Counted from the stretch's first letter, positions 39,743 to 50,095 are shown. The stretch: DNA of 64,000 bases from Bdellovibrionota bacterium (GCA_044345405.1 JBIJBE010000006.1:32001-96000); one strand, 5' to 3'. Numbers and translations are program-made. The notes: generated by a model from the letters alone, not told the origin.

Positions 39743-39772
39743 TTGACTAAGGCGAAAATAGCGTTTTATACT
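39743..39772 (+). promoter_or_regulatory. Candidate sigma70 promoter
   Basis: TTGACT-N18-TATACT upstream of ORF 39810. Confidence 0.55.
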
Positions 39773-39809
39773 GTAAAGTATTGGCAGCATTTAATTAGAG
39801 GAGCGATCA

Positions 39810-40748
39810 ATGATAAAAGCAAATACAATTAGGCATTTAGCGCTTTTACTTGTTTTAGTTTCCCCATTGGCAAGCGTTTCCGAAGCTCAGAATTACGAGA
39901 GACAGCGGACCACTGCGATGCGCGAAATTAGACAGTTTTTTAATAAGCAGTTCGTAGTCACAGGTAGTCCGGCTAGGTCTATTGGGCCTGAGGCGCTCAA
40001 CAATGTACCCTGGTTAGATGGCAAAAAAGTGGTTGGATGTCCTTCACAGCCATTGTCTCCAGTGACCGAATCGAAGCAGGTCATCTTCAGATCGACTCGG
40101 CCCACTCAGTGGGCAGGGGGGCTCGATGGCGTTAACGTTCCCACCAAAAATATCGACGGATCAAAAGGGGGTGGATTGGCAGTTCCTAGGAACTCGACAG
40201 CGCGTCTCGATACGCCCCTCAGCTCCCCGGAATTCGAATTCGAATTTAATGGGATTTGGGACCTCAAGCGAGGGTTGGTAGATGCGGCCGCGGAGGAATT
40301 TGAGCGATGCTTCAACACTCTCCCCGCTGGTGACTACGATGCTGATGAGCTTGCGAGACGGTGCCCTTATCGTGAAGTTACCCGCAACCAACAGGGTCAA
40401 TCCTGCGTTGCTTCAGTCAGCGGAATTATAGGTAAACCGTTGGATGACGGGAGTGGGTATGAGGCGTCTTTCATTGAATATACCTTGTGTGATTTTGTTG
40501 GTGTCGAGGGATACAGCGATAACAACCCAGGATTCACCTCATGCTATTTTACTGAATACAAAGGCGTAGCTCAGATGTCCTCAAACTATTTAGCTCCGAC
40601 TGAGACTCAAGTTAAGATCAGTGCGGCCAAGAAGCAGCTAGTTTCTCGGTGCGCTCAAGGTCGGGCTAAGGCAAAGCGGCGGCCAGCTAAGATCAGGTCA
40701 TGTGTAGCCAGGGGCATGGCAAGAGCGATGGCCGGAGTGCGCCAGTAG
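39810..40748 (+). CDS. Hypothetical secreted protein
   Basis: GAGGAG RBS, signal peptide ending SEA-Q and several Cys; no family recognised. Confidence 0.7.
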   Translation: MIKANTIRHLALLLVLVSPLASVSEAQNYERQRTTAMREIRQFFNKQFVVTGSPARSIGPEALNNVPWLDGKKVVGCPSQPLSPVTESKQVIFRSTRPTQWAGGLDGVNVPTKNIDGSKGGGLAVPRNSTARLDTPLSSPEFEFEFNGIWDLKRGLVDAAAEEFERCFNTLPAGDYDADELARRCPYREVTRNQQGQSCVASVSGIIGKPLDDGSGYEASFIEYTLCDFVGVEGYSDNNPGFTSCYFTEYKGVAQMSSNYLAPTETQVKISAAKKQLVSRCAQGRAKAKRRPAKIRSCVARGMARAMAGVRQ

Positions 40749-40792
40749 GCTTAGCGGGCGATCCCGTTCCCATCGTATTGAAGGAAAATCAA

Positions 40793-40850
40793 TAGCGAGC
40801 TACGGCGGGCAGGCCGCTTGCCTGTCCGCCGAAGCGTTCGCGAAGGTGGA
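40793..40850. repeat. Small dispersed hairpin element; related copies at 19785-19818 and 57392-57421
   Basis: cctgtccgccgaagcgttcgcgaaggtgga compared with cccgtcccccgaagcttcagcgcaggggga. Confidence 0.55.
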
Positions 40851-41001
40851 AGCTCGTTAGATCGTAGGTGGAAGTCTTGCAGGCTTTCGTTTCTCAAGTC
40901 CTCGGCTAAAGTCGTTCCTTACTTGAAATTCGCCGATGGCCCCGGAGCTTGTCATATCTCGTTCGAGCGAGTACTCGATGCTATTATTTCACGGAAGCGG
41001 T

Positions 41002-41706
41002 CTACGCCATCATAGCTCGCAGCTGAGCCGCGACTCGCGGAACTCCATCGGTCGCTCGAGCCTCAACAACGTGGAAACTTTCGTCGGCGAGACCTGATGG
41101 CATCGGATCTATGAGAAACTTTGGAATATCGAACGGCACGTGGTCTACCAACGTGGCCGCCGGATACACCTCAAGGGATGTTCCCACCACGATAAGGATA
41201 TCGGCTTTCTTTGCCGCGGCGATCGCGGTGTCCATCATCGGTACGGACTCTCCAAACCACACCACGTGGGGCCGCATCTGGGTGCCATCCTCTGCGCGTT
41301 GGCCCATGATGAGGTCATCCGTGCACGGATAGAGCTTCACAGAATCGTGGCATCCCCGAGACTTCAAGATCTCTCCGTGAAGATGAACGACCGCTGTACT
41401 TCCGGCTCGCTCATGTAGATCGTCGATGTTCTGGGTGATGATGGTGACTTTGAAGATATCTTCAAGTTCGCGGAGAGCTTTGTGCGCGGCGTTGGGTTGA
41501 ACGGCTTGCACACTCTTGCGACGTTCGTTGTAGAACCTAAGGACGCGAGCTGGGTCACGTTTCCATCCCTCGGGAGTCGCTACAAGAGAAACGGGCTCAC
41601 CCTCCCATAGACCTCCAGGTCCACGAAAGGTATTGAGCCCGCTCTCCGCGCTTATTCCCGCTCCGGAGAATACTACAACGTGTCTATCTCGCACTAAGTG
41701 CCTCAC
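41002..41706 (-). CDS. cobB: NAD-dependent protein deacylase (sirtuin)
   Basis: GAGISAESG, TQNIDDLHERAG, HLHG, RPHVVWFGE and GTSLEVYPA. Confidence 0.95.
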   Translation of the reverse strand: MRHLVRDRHVVVFSGAGISAESGLNTFRGPGGLWEGEPVSLVATPEGWKRDPARVLRFYNERRKSVQAVQPNAAHKALRELEDIFKVTIITQNIDDLHERAGSTAVVHLHGEILKSRGCHDSVKLYPCTDDLIMGQRAEDGTQMRPHVVWFGESVPMMDTAIAAAKKADILIVVGTSLEVYPAATLVDHVPFDIPKFLIDPMPSGLADESFHVVEARATDGVPRVAAQLRAMMA

Positions 41707-41813
41707 TAGAACGTTCCCGTACCCGATACAGCCGGGTCGAGCATTGCTTGTCGTTCACGTGCACGTTCACGTGCACGTATGTAGTTTGACGGTGTAGCGC
41801 CTGCCAGCCCTGC

Positions 41814-42884
41814 TTATGCAAGGGTCACATCTTTACAGAGGTAGACGTCTTGGATGGCATTGAGAATCGCAACACCTTCCTTCATCGACTTCTGGAACGC
41901 CTTACGTCCAGAGATAAGTCCCATTCCACCAGCGCGTTTGTTGATAACCGCGGTCTTAACAGCATCAGCGAGGTCGTTTGAACCCGATCCTCCGCCGGAG
42001 CTGATGAGGCCGATACGTCCCATGTAGCAGTTCGCTACCTGGTATCGAGCGAGGTCGATCGCGTGATCACTTGCGAGGTGTGTGTACATACGCTCATCGA
42101 GCTTACCGTATGACGAGCCGCCTGTGTTCAGAGCCTTGAAGCCACCGTTACTCTCTGGAAGCTTTTGTTTGATGATGTCAGCGTTGATCGTAACACCGAG
42201 GTGATTCGCTTGTCCGGTAAGGTCAGCGGAGGTCTCGTGATTCACACCAGCGACCTTGAAACCAGAGTTACGAACGTAGCACCACAGGATCGTAGCCATT
42301 CCAAGGGAGTGAGCCTCGGAGAACGCGGCCGACACCTCTTGGATCTGACGGCCTGACTGATCCGAACCGAAGTAGATCGTCGCGCCGATAGCCGCGCATC
42401 CTTGGTTCCAGGCGTCACGAACCTTAGCGAACATGATCTCATCGCTCTTGTTCGGGTAGGTAAGCAACTCGTTGTGGTTGATCTTCATGATGAGGGGAAT
42501 CTTGTGCGCGTACTTTCGAGCGATGAGCCCCAATCCACCGAAGGTCGTAGCGACTGCGTTACATCCTCCCTCGATAGCGAGCTTGACGATGTTCTCCGGG
42601 TTGAAATACTCGGTGTTCTTCGCGAACGAAGCGCCAGCTGAGTGCTCGATACCTTGATCAACAGGAAGGATCGAGAGGTATCCAGTCCCTTTAAGGCGAC
42701 CTGTGTCGTACATGAGTTGCAGGGAGCGAAGGGTCTGTACGTTACGGTCTGAATTAATAAACACACGATCAACGTAGGTAGGCGACGGTGCCTCAAGATC
42801 CGCTGCTGGGATCGTAGTGCATTTGTGCTCAAGAAGGCTCTTCGCCTCAGAGCCGAGAAGTTCTGCGATTTGGCTGTAATTCAT
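41814..42884 (-). CDS. fbaB: Class I fructose-bisphosphate aldolase
   Basis: [23 protein letters not shown] and [10 protein letters not shown]. Confidence 0.96.
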   Translation of the reverse strand: MNYSQIAELLGSEAKSLLEHKCTTIPAADLEAPSPTYVDRVFINSDRNVQTLRSLQLMYDTGRLKGTGYLSILPVDQGIEHSAGASFAKNTEYFNPENIVKLAIEGGCNAVATTFGGLGLIARKYAHKIPLIMKINHNELLTYPNKSDEIMFAKVRDAWNQGCAAIGATIYFGSDQSGRQIQEVSAAFSEAHSLGMATILWCYVRNSGFKVAGVNHETSADLTGQANHLGVTINADIIKQKLPESNGGFKALNTGGSSYGKLDERMYTHLASDHAIDLARYQVANCYMGRIGLISSGGGSGSNDLADAVKTAVINKRAGGMGLISGRKAFQKSMKEGVAILNAIQDVYLCKDVTLA

Positions 42885-42971
42885 AAAATTCTCCCTATAG
42901 GATTGGGAAACTATAGGGGTACGGGCTCAGGGGATCAAGAGCGAGACGGGGCTAACTAACTGAAAGGACGA

Positions 42972-43838
42972 CTACACGTCGTTGAGAAGTTTCAGCGCCA
43001 ATTCGGGCTGGAAGTTTGAGTTCGCGAGAATAGCGGCTCCCGCCTGCTGAAGTACGTTCAGACGGGCCATCTCAGCGGCCTCTTGCGCTACGTCCACATC
43101 GGTAATCGCGCTCTCCGCGGACTGGAAGCTCTCCCGGGCTGTGGCAAGCTGGCTAATCGTCTTCATCAAACGGCTCTCCGCTGCACCAAGGACACCCCGA
43201 CTTCGGCTCACCGAGGTTATCGCTCCTTGGATGGCGTCGAGAGCAATCAGCGCCGCGGAGCGGGATTCGTTATCGGTGGCGCCGAGAATGGAGAAGGTTG
43301 GAATAGAGGAGCCGGTCGGAGCGAGCCCCATCGACGCAAGGGTCGCCTGGATACCCGAGTAGGTGATTCCGGAGAGAGACGAACCGTCAAAACCAACCTG
43401 GAAGGTTAACGCTTGCGTGGAGCTGATCAGCATCAAGCCGTTGAACTCGGTCGTGTGGGCGATGCGCTCTATCTCTTCCATGAGCGCGGTGAACTCGGAC
43501 TGCATCGCCGAGCGTTGGTCATTGCCGTTGACCCCGTTAGCGGATTGTTGCGCGAGCTCCGCGAGGCGGATGAGGACGTCGTTAATCTGTCCGACCGCTT
43601 GGTCCGCGATGCCGATGATAGAGATTCCATCATTCGCGTTTCGCTGATTGACGCTCGCGACCCGAGAGTCGGAGCGAAGCTTCATAGCAACGGCGAGGCC
43701 GGCTGCGTCATCTTTCGAGCGATTGACTCGTAAACCACTTGAGAGTCGCTCGTAAGCCTGATTCAGCCGGCCCGTCGTGATGCTGATTTGCCGTTGGGTT
43801 CTGAGTGACGCTACGTTAAGCCCCGAACCAAAACCCAT
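42972..43838 (-). CDS. fliC: Flagellin, second paralog
   Basis: ERLSSGLRVNRSKDDAAGLA, RNANDGIS and DVDVAQEAAE. Confidence 0.92.
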   Translation of the reverse strand: MGFGSGLNVASLRTQRQISITTGRLNQAYERLSSGLRVNRSKDDAAGLAVAMKLRSDSRVASVNQRNANDGISIIGIADQAVGQINDVLIRLAELAQQSANGVNGNDQRSAMQSEFTALMEEIERIAHTTEFNGLMLISSTQALTFQVGFDGSSLSGITYSGIQATLASMGLAPTGSSIPTFSILGATDNESRSAALIALDAIQGAITSVSRSRGVLGAAESRLMKTISQLATARESFQSAESAITDVDVAQEAAEMARLNVLQQAGAAILANSNFQPELALKLLNDV

Positions 43839-43857
43839 GGCGTATCAACCCTTTTTA

Positions 43858-44721
43858 TTATCGACCTAACAACTGGAGCGCTAACTGTGGAACCTGGTTA
43901 GCCTGAGCCAACACTGCGGCACCCGCCTGTTGCAAGATGTTGAGTCGTGTCAACTCGGCGGCCTCAGTCGCTACATCCACGTCGCGGATGCGGCTCTCTG
44001 CTGCCTTGAAGTTCTCACGAGCAACTTGAAGGTTGTTAATCGTTACCTCAAGTCGGTTCTCAAGAGCTCCAAGACCACCTCGCTTTTGGTTAACCGAGGT
44101 AAGAGCTACCTGAATCGCGTCAAGAGCTGAACGAGCGGCACCTTGAGCGTCAATTTCGTTGTTACCGATAATCGAGAACGTAGCTGATGAGGACCCCGTT
44201 TGAGCAAGGCCCATTCCCGCGAGTCGAACGTCCACCGAGCCGTAGGTCAGTTGCGAGGTCGAAGCACCATCGAAACCGATCTGGAAGCTGATGTCCTTCT
44301 GTCCGTCAAGGAGAGCAAGACCGTTGAACTTCGTGGTCACCGCGATACGCTCAATTTCAGACGCGAGCGCTGTGAACTCGTTCTGGAGAGCGGAACGCTG
44401 GGTGTTATCAATCACTCCGTTAGAGCTCTGCGTAGCAAGCTCAGCCATACGATTGAGTACGTTCGAGATCTGGTTTACGGCTTGGTCAGCGATAGTAATA
44501 ACGGAGATACCGTCATTCGCGTTTCGCATCGCGACCGTAGCTGTCGAAGATCCCGCTTTGAGGTTCTCGGCGATCGCCAAACCTGCTGCGTCATCACTCG
44601 CACGGTTAATTCTGAGACCGCTGCTCAATCGCTGATACGACGTGCTCAGCTTATTGGACGAGCTCTCGAGGTTACGTTGTGCCGATAAGGCCGGTAGGTT
44701 GGTTCTAATATTAATCGCCAT
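43858..44721 (-). CDS. fliC: Flagellin
   Basis: RLSSGLRINRASDDAAGLAI, AAESRIRDVDVATE and LAQANQ. Confidence 0.95.
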   Translation of the reverse strand: MAINIRTNLPALSAQRNLESSSNKLSTSYQRLSSGLRINRASDDAAGLAIAENLKAGSSTATVAMRNANDGISVITIADQAVNQISNVLNRMAELATQSSNGVIDNTQRSALQNEFTALASEIERIAVTTKFNGLALLDGQKDISFQIGFDGASTSQLTYGSVDVRLAGMGLAQTGSSSATFSIIGNNEIDAQGAARSALDAIQVALTSVNQKRGGLGALENRLEVTINNLQVARENFKAAESRIRDVDVATEAAELTRLNILQQAGAAVLAQANQVPQLALQLLGR

Positions 44722-44854
44722 CGTTTATTCTCCTTGGCAGGATCATCCACACTGCGTGCGGAATAATCTGTTACTCTCCCTTAGACATTCGATCTCAGTT
44801 TTTAAAAATACGCCTCGGCAAGCTTTGCCGTTGCGCACGTTCTTCCCCAACATG

Positions 44855-44870
44855 AGCAAGAGGCTTGCCA
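44855..44870 (-). promoter_or_regulatory. Candidate sigma54 promoter for the flagellin pair
   Basis: Minus strand TGGCAAGCCTCTTGCT (GG-N10-GC). Confidence 0.55.
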
Positions 44871-44984
44871 ACTGGGTTGGCTCGCCGTCTCACGAGGAAT
44901 AACTTCCTCGTTTCCTGATATATTTCGGGAACAACATCCCCCTTTAACCTTACGCGCTACGTCTGAGCCCATAGCGCCAACCGG

Positions 44985-46037
44985 CTAAAAAAGCCTCTTC
45001 CCTCCCACTACGCGGGCAACATATTCACGAGTAGAGCGAGGAAGAAATGGGGCTACGTTGTCGTAGTGGGCAGGATCTTTCCCTGCCTGTTCAGTGCGGT
45101 GCTGCGCCGAGGCGACACGTCCTTCACCGGCGTTGAAAGCGGCTACAGCTAGTTGTTCCAACGATTTGTCGTCGGCCGCTGACTTTGTGGTTCGCGCGTT
45201 AGGCAATTGTGTCGGTGTTCGGAAGATATCGTGAAGGTAGCGTAGGTAAGATGTGCCTAGTTGAATGTTGAGATCAGGATCAAAAGGGTCATAGTCCTGT
45301 TCTGTCGGCGACTCCGCCCGAGAGAGGAGGTGTTTTCCGGTTGTATCTAATAATTGGAAGAGCCCCTTGGAGTAGTGTCCATCGGCGCTCACGGCTCTAA
45401 CGTTAAATCCGGACTCCGCCTTCACCACCGCCATCGCGAGAGAGGGGTCGAGTCCTACCTTTTGGCTAGCGACGGAGAGCCGTGAGAGGATCTCCTTCTC
45501 TCCCAACTGTGGCGGCATCACCTTTGGAGCGGTTCGCTCCGCAACCTTACTTACCTCTATCTTCGATGGGGTCGGTGGCTGAAGTAAGGATACCGGGGCG
45601 GCGGTCAATTCACTGTTGGGTGAAAGAAGGCTCTGGAGGGCCATCGGCTGTCCCGGTAATAAGGACATCATCTTCGGAGGCTCAAGGGTCACGCGCCGAG
45701 CCTCTAAAAGTGTCGGAGTTTTGACACTCACGCCACCATTTTCCGACGGTATCGCCTGCGTTTCTTGAGGGCTGAGGGGATCGAGATCCGGCATCATGAG
45801 GCCGGGATTGTCGAAGCGATAGCTCGCCTTCACCTCTTCCATAGGGGATTTCGGTAAAGCGGGCGGAGTCGCGTTAGTTTGGGCCTCTGAATTTTTCTTC
45901 GAAGATTCAACAGGTTGCGACAAGAGAGAGCCTAGACTCTTCTCAAAGCCAGCGTCATCGACCTTAGAGGTCGGCTTGAGAGACGCCTTGAGAAGCTGGT
46001 CAACTTCCTTGTATGTCGATCCAAAGTTAATTTTCAT
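44985..46037 (-). CDS. Lytic transglycosylase (SLT domain) with low-complexity N-terminal region
   Basis: AVVKAESGF, KGLFQL, NIQLGTSYL, AAFNAGEG and STREYV; ATG at 46037 with AAGGA RBS. Confidence 0.88.
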   Translation of the reverse strand: MKINFGSTYKEVDQLLKASLKPTSKVDDAGFEKSLGSLLSQPVESSKKNSEAQTNATPPALPKSPMEEVKASYRFDNPGLMMPDLDPLSPQETQAIPSENGGVSVKTPTLLEARRVTLEPPKMMSLLPGQPMALQSLLSPNSELTAAPVSLLQPPTPSKIEVSKVAERTAPKVMPPQLGEKEILSRLSVASQKVGLDPSLAMAVVKAESGFNVRAVSADGHYSKGLFQLLDTTGKHLLSRAESPTEQDYDPFDPDLNIQLGTSYLRYLHDIFRTPTQLPNARTTKSAADDKSLEQLAVAAFNAGEGRVASAQHRTEQAGKDPAHYDNVAPFLPRSTREYVARVVGGKRLF

Positions 46038-46112
46038 GAGCGGGTATCCTTTCCCTTGCTCATGGGTAATGCAGCCTTTGTGCCAAGGGGGGGGCGGTGG
46101 GAGGGCACGCGT

Positions 46113-46730
46113 TCCAATTATGCGACCCGTGCCCTCGGAGGGCGCGCATTCCTGCGCGCCACCTCGCTGGGTAAAGCGAATATCGTTCGCCAGGCGAAAT
46201 ATTCCGGCGGCCAGGAATGGCCGCCCTCCGATTGTGCGACCCGTGACCTCGGAGGGCGCGCATTCCTGCGCGCCACTTCGCTGAGTAGGGCGAATATCGT
46301 TCGCCATACGAAATATTCCGGCGGCCAGGAATGGCCGCCCTCCAATTATGCGACCCGTGCCCTCGGAGGGCGCGCATTCCTGCGCGCCACCTCGCTGGGT
46401 AAAGGGAATATCGTTCGCCAGGCGAAATATTCCGGCGGCCAGGAATGGCCGCCCTCCGATTATGCGACCCGTGCCCTCGGAGGGCGCGCATTCCTGCGCG
46501 CCACCTCGCTGAGTAGGGCGAATATCGTTCGCCAGGCGAAATATTCCGGCGGCCAGGAATGGCCGCCCTCCGATTGTGCGACCCGTGCCCTCGGAGGGCG
46601 CGCATTCCTGCGCGCCACTTCGCTGAGTAGGGCGAATATCGTTCGCCAGGCGAAATATTCCGGCGGCCAGGAATGGCCGCCCTCCGATTGTGCGACCCGT
46701 GCCCTCGGAGGGCGCGCATTCCTGCGCGCC
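46113..46730. repeat. Tandem array of 114-bp units, each with an inverted pair of GGAG-REP hairpins (BIME-like)
   Basis: GGAG-GGCGCGCA-TTCC-TGCGCGCC at 46137, 46251, 46365, 46479, 46593 and 46707, alternating with GGCGGCCA-GGAA-TGGCCGCC-CTCC. Confidence 0.92.
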
Positions 46731-46784
46731 ATGTTACTCAGGTAAAAACGTTCGAGGTCAGCGGGGTTTCAGTGTCAGGGTCCC

Positions 46785-47498
46785 CTACCCCACCGTCGAC
46801 AACCGCCAATCAATCGGCGTGACATGATGCCGCGCGAGATACGCGTTCGCTTGCGAGAAATGCTTACACCCGAGAAATCCCCGATGCGCGGAGAGGGGCG
46901 ACGGATGCGGCGCGGTAAGCACGAGATGTTTCGTACGATCCACAAACTCAGCTTTCTTTTGCGCGTACGCTCCCCATAAGAGAAATACAAGGTGCTCTTT
47001 GCGAGTATTTAATTCCTCGATCACCTTCGAGGTAAACCGCTCCCACCCCTTGTTGGCGTGAGACCCCGGCTTTCCCTCTTCAACGGTGAGGACCGCGTTC
47101 AATAACAATACCCCTTGGCGAGCCCACGATTCGAGGTTTCCGTGATTGGGGCGCTCAATACCAAGATCGCTCTTCAACTCAAGAAAAATGTTCACGAGAG
47201 AGGGGGGAGGTGGCGTCGGTGGCTTAACCGAGAAACACAATCCGTGAGCCTGATTGGGACCGTGATAGGGATCCTGCCCGATGATAACTACTTTGACCTC
47301 GGAGAAGGGCGTATACGCGAGGGCATTGAAAACATCGGTCTTCGCGGGATAGATCGTTTTCCCCGCGGCTCTCTCTCCCTCAACAAAAGCCAAGACCTGC
47401 TTGAAATAGGGCTGCTGCTTTTCAGCCGCGAGCACATCACTCCATGAGAGGTCGCCCACGCTAGCACTATCCGTATTGGGGTGTTGCCCTGTATCCAT
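46785..47498 (-). CDS. ung: Uracil-DNA glycosylase
   Basis: [20 protein letters not shown] and HPSPLS. Confidence 0.97.
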   Translation of the reverse strand: MDTGQHPNTDSASVGDLSWSDVLAAEKQQPYFKQVLAFVEGERAAGKTIYPAKTDVFNALAYTPFSEVKVVIIGQDPYHGPNQAHGLCFSVKPPTPPPPSLVNIFLELKSDLGIERPNHGNLESWARQGVLLLNAVLTVEEGKPGSHANKGWERFTSKVIEELNTRKEHLVFLLWGAYAQKKAEFVDRTKHLVLTAPHPSPLSAHRGFLGCKHFSQANAYLARHHVTPIDWRLSTVG

Positions 47499-47529
47499 CC
47501 TTTAATCCACGACTCAAAGCGCCAAGAAG

Positions 47530-48471
47530 CTAGTACTCCCTGGCCTCTTCAATTTCATCTAAAATCTGAAGATACGAGTTGTACCGCCATGGAGCGATAT
47601 CTCCACGCTCAACCGCGTCACGCACCGCGCAACTAGGTTCTTGCAAGTGACGACAGTTAAGGAACCGACACTGTTGTCCGTATTCGACGAATTCATCAAA
47701 AGCCGCGGCGACCCTCTCTTTCTCAAGGTGCGAGAGTCCAAAGAAACCGACTCCTGGAAAATCGATTATGATACGTCGACAGGAATCAGGGCCGTTGTAG
47801 AGGAACCCTCTCGGTTGGGAGGTGGTCTGTCGGCCCTGCCCGGTGCGCTCGCTAACCTCGCCCGTACGAGCCGCCGCCCCTGGAACTAATCGGTTTAAGA
47901 TTGTGCTCTTTCCAACGCCGGAAACTCCACACAACGCCACCACATTCACATCGGGTGAGTGAATCAGGTTTTCAACGTTGGCGAAGTCCTGCCCAAATTT
48001 GGCGCTGCAGTGGACTACAGAGATCCCGATCTTGCGATAGACCTCGAGGAAGTCCGCGCTTTCGCCCCGCTCAAGATCCCACTTATTTACCACAAGCACC
48101 GCGGGGATTTTTTGTACCCGTGCGGCGATCAGCATGCGATCGATCGTGACTGGATTTAATGTTGGGCCAACCGCCGTGATAACGAGCAGGAGATCGATAT
48201 TCGCTCCCATTCTCTTGAGCTTACCTTGGTACGAGCGGGACAACGTCTGGGTGGAGGGAACCACATCTGTGACAAACACCTTTCCGTCACGCTTCTCATA
48301 CGCGACTCGATCACCGGTCACCACATCCAACGCGCGGGATGCTATGGTGCCAGAGATAATTCCTTCCGTAGTCAACAACGAAACATGTCGTCGTGAGACA
48401 TCAAGGATCTGCCCGGTGGTGCCGGTATGGTGCGGTTCGGGTGATTTGGCCACAGAGGGAGGATACATCAT
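47530..48471 (-). CDS. rsgA: Ribosome small subunit-dependent GTPase A
   Basis: NKWD, GVSGVGKS, GRQTT, DFPG and the C-terminal CRFLNCRHLQEPSC. Confidence 0.93.
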   Translation of the reverse strand: MMYPPSVAKSPEPHHTGTTGQILDVSRRHVSLLTTEGIISGTIASRALDVVTGDRVAYEKRDGKVFVTDVVPSTQTLSRSYQGKLKRMGANIDLLLVITAVGPTLNPVTIDRMLIAARVQKIPAVLVVNKWDLERGESADFLEVYRKIGISVVHCSAKFGQDFANVENLIHSPDVNVVALCGVSGVGKSTILNRLVPGAAARTGEVSERTGQGRQTTSQPRGFLYNGPDSCRRIIIDFPGVGFFGLSHLEKERVAAAFDEFVEYGQQCRFLNCRHLQEPSCAVRDAVERGDIAPWRYNSYLQILDEIEEAREY

Positions 48472-48636
48472 GGGCGGCGGGTGTGGATACTCCTGCCTCT
48501 GATTTCACATGTGAGAACCGCCCCTAAGGGCCCACCACGATTCAGATAGTTGAGGGCTTTGCGCTTTCCTCAAAAATTTCGCTCGTAAACTCCTCTCACC
48601 GTGGTTAACTGACAGGAGGTGGAGTAAAGTACATCT

Positions 48637-48975
48637 ATGCAACGCAACATGAATCAATGGAAACATCTTTCAGGGACGAAGGTCATTACGATCAGTCCGC
48701 GTGGCGTCCCCTTTATGCCAGGAGTAGGTTTAATCCTTCTTGGCGCTATAATTTTCCTCGCCCCTAAATTCTTTCTAGCGGCGGTCGGCACGTTTTTTCT
48801 CCTGCTCGGCGTAGTGGCGTGTTACATCGCCTGGAAGTTTATCTCATTCAAGCGACAGGTGACGAAGCTAGCTGAGGAGTTTCAAAACTCCGTGGATATC
48901 CGAGCCTTTCAGGTTCAGAATAGCGATGACATCGATATTACTGAGACTGATAGCAAGAAGATCTACTATCACTAA
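48637..48975 (+). CDS. Small two-TM membrane protein
   Basis: GGAG RBS and two hydrophobic helices. Confidence 0.65.
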   Translation: MQRNMNQWKHLSGTKVITISPRGVPFMPGVGLILLGAIIFLAPKFFLAAVGTFFLLLGVVACYIAWKFISFKRQVTKLAEEFQNSVDIRAFQVQNSDDIDITETDSKKIYYH

Positions 48976-48992
48976 TCTGATGAGCGTGTGGT

Positions 48993-49991
48993 TTAGACGA
49001 GCTGTTCGCCACCACTGCTAATGAATATCTTACCCTCAGCCTCAAGACGTCGAACGATGTCGACGATGCTCTGCTGTGCTTTCTCAACGTCTTTAAGTTT
49101 AACAGGGCCAAGCGCGTCAAGGTCCTCCTTGATCATCTCGGCGGCGCGTTGAGACACGTTACGGAAGATGAGATCTTTCAACTCAGGGCTTGCTGTCTTA
49201 AGCGCAAGCACCAACTGCTCTCGAGGCACATCTTTGAGTACCGTCTGAACGCCCTTGTCGTCTATCTTCTTGATATCTTCGAAGGTGAACATGAGGGCGC
49301 GAATCCGCTCCGCGATATCGGGGAAGGTTTCCTCGATCTCGGTAATGATACGCTCTTCGCTGTTTCGGTCGATAAAGTTGAGAATATCAGCGGCGGACTT
49401 CGGTCCTCCGATCTCTTCCTCTTGAAGCTCGCCACCGCGGATTTGCCCGCGTAAGACCTCTCGGACCTCATCAACAACCGCGGCGCTGACGTTGGTGAGA
49501 TTGGAGATCCGGATGAGAATGTCGGTCTGCATCTCCGGCTGCATCTGCCTGAGAACGACGGCCGATTGATCAGGGTTCATCATGGTCATGAGGAACGCGA
49601 TCGTTTGAGGGTGCTCCGATGTGATGAACTGGTAGAGAAGCTTTTCCGGCACATCGGCGATGATCGAACCGATAGGCTGTTTCTTGGCGCCAGCGATGTA
49701 CTCAAGGAGCGACTCACTCTGATTCTCCCCGAACGCGGACGCGATAACGCTCTTGGCGAACTCACGACCATCAACCACCATTCGCTCACCCGCTTTGAGC
49801 ATGCGGAGGAAATCGACGGAGGTATGGAATTGAGTCTCGCGGTCCACTTCGGACACGGAAAGGAAGGCACGGCTGATCTTCTTGACCTCGTGCTCGCTGA
49901 GGTGCTGCATCACTTGGGCGGCGACCTCTTTGCCAAGACCCAAGAGGGTCAAGGCAGCTTTTTCTGGATTTGATAACTCCCTACTCGTCAT
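48993..49991 (-). CDS. fliG: Flagellar motor switch protein FliG
   Basis: EKAA, EHPQTIA, GG..AADILN, MFTFED and NVSQRAA; GGAG RBS before the ATG at 49991. Confidence 0.95.
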   Translation of the reverse strand: MTSRELSNPEKAALTLLGLGKEVAAQVMQHLSEHEVKKISRAFLSVSEVDRETQFHTSVDFLRMLKAGERMVVDGREFAKSVIASAFGENQSESLLEYIAGAKKQPIGSIIADVPEKLLYQFITSEHPQTIAFLMTMMNPDQSAVVLRQMQPEMQTDILIRISNLTNVSAAVVDEVREVLRGQIRGGELQEEEIGGPKSAADILNFIDRNSEERIITEIEETFPDIAERIRALMFTFEDIKKIDDKGVQTVLKDVPREQLVLALKTASPELKDLIFRNVSQRAAEMIKEDLDALGPVKLKDVEKAQQSIVDIVRRLEAEGKIFISSGGEQLV

Positions 49992-50095
49992 GGAGACTCC
50001 CCTTAGGTTCAGTCGGTTAAGATGATGATCCCCACCATAAGGGCTCACTACAGTTGTCTTGTATTCCTCGCGTCCGCCCCTTACACTTAAGGTCT

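Noticed and set aside
46113-46730. CRISPR array interpretation of the 114-bp repeats
   Set aside because: The intervening sequences are near-identical rather than unique spacers, the hairpins alternate in orientation, and no cas genes are present.
46056-46745. Repeat-protein ORFs (229 aa +, 219 aa -) and the 46307 start of the transglycosylase
   Set aside because: These frames are open only because the GC-rich 114-bp unit is a multiple of 3. The ATG at 46037 has an RBS and lies outside the array.
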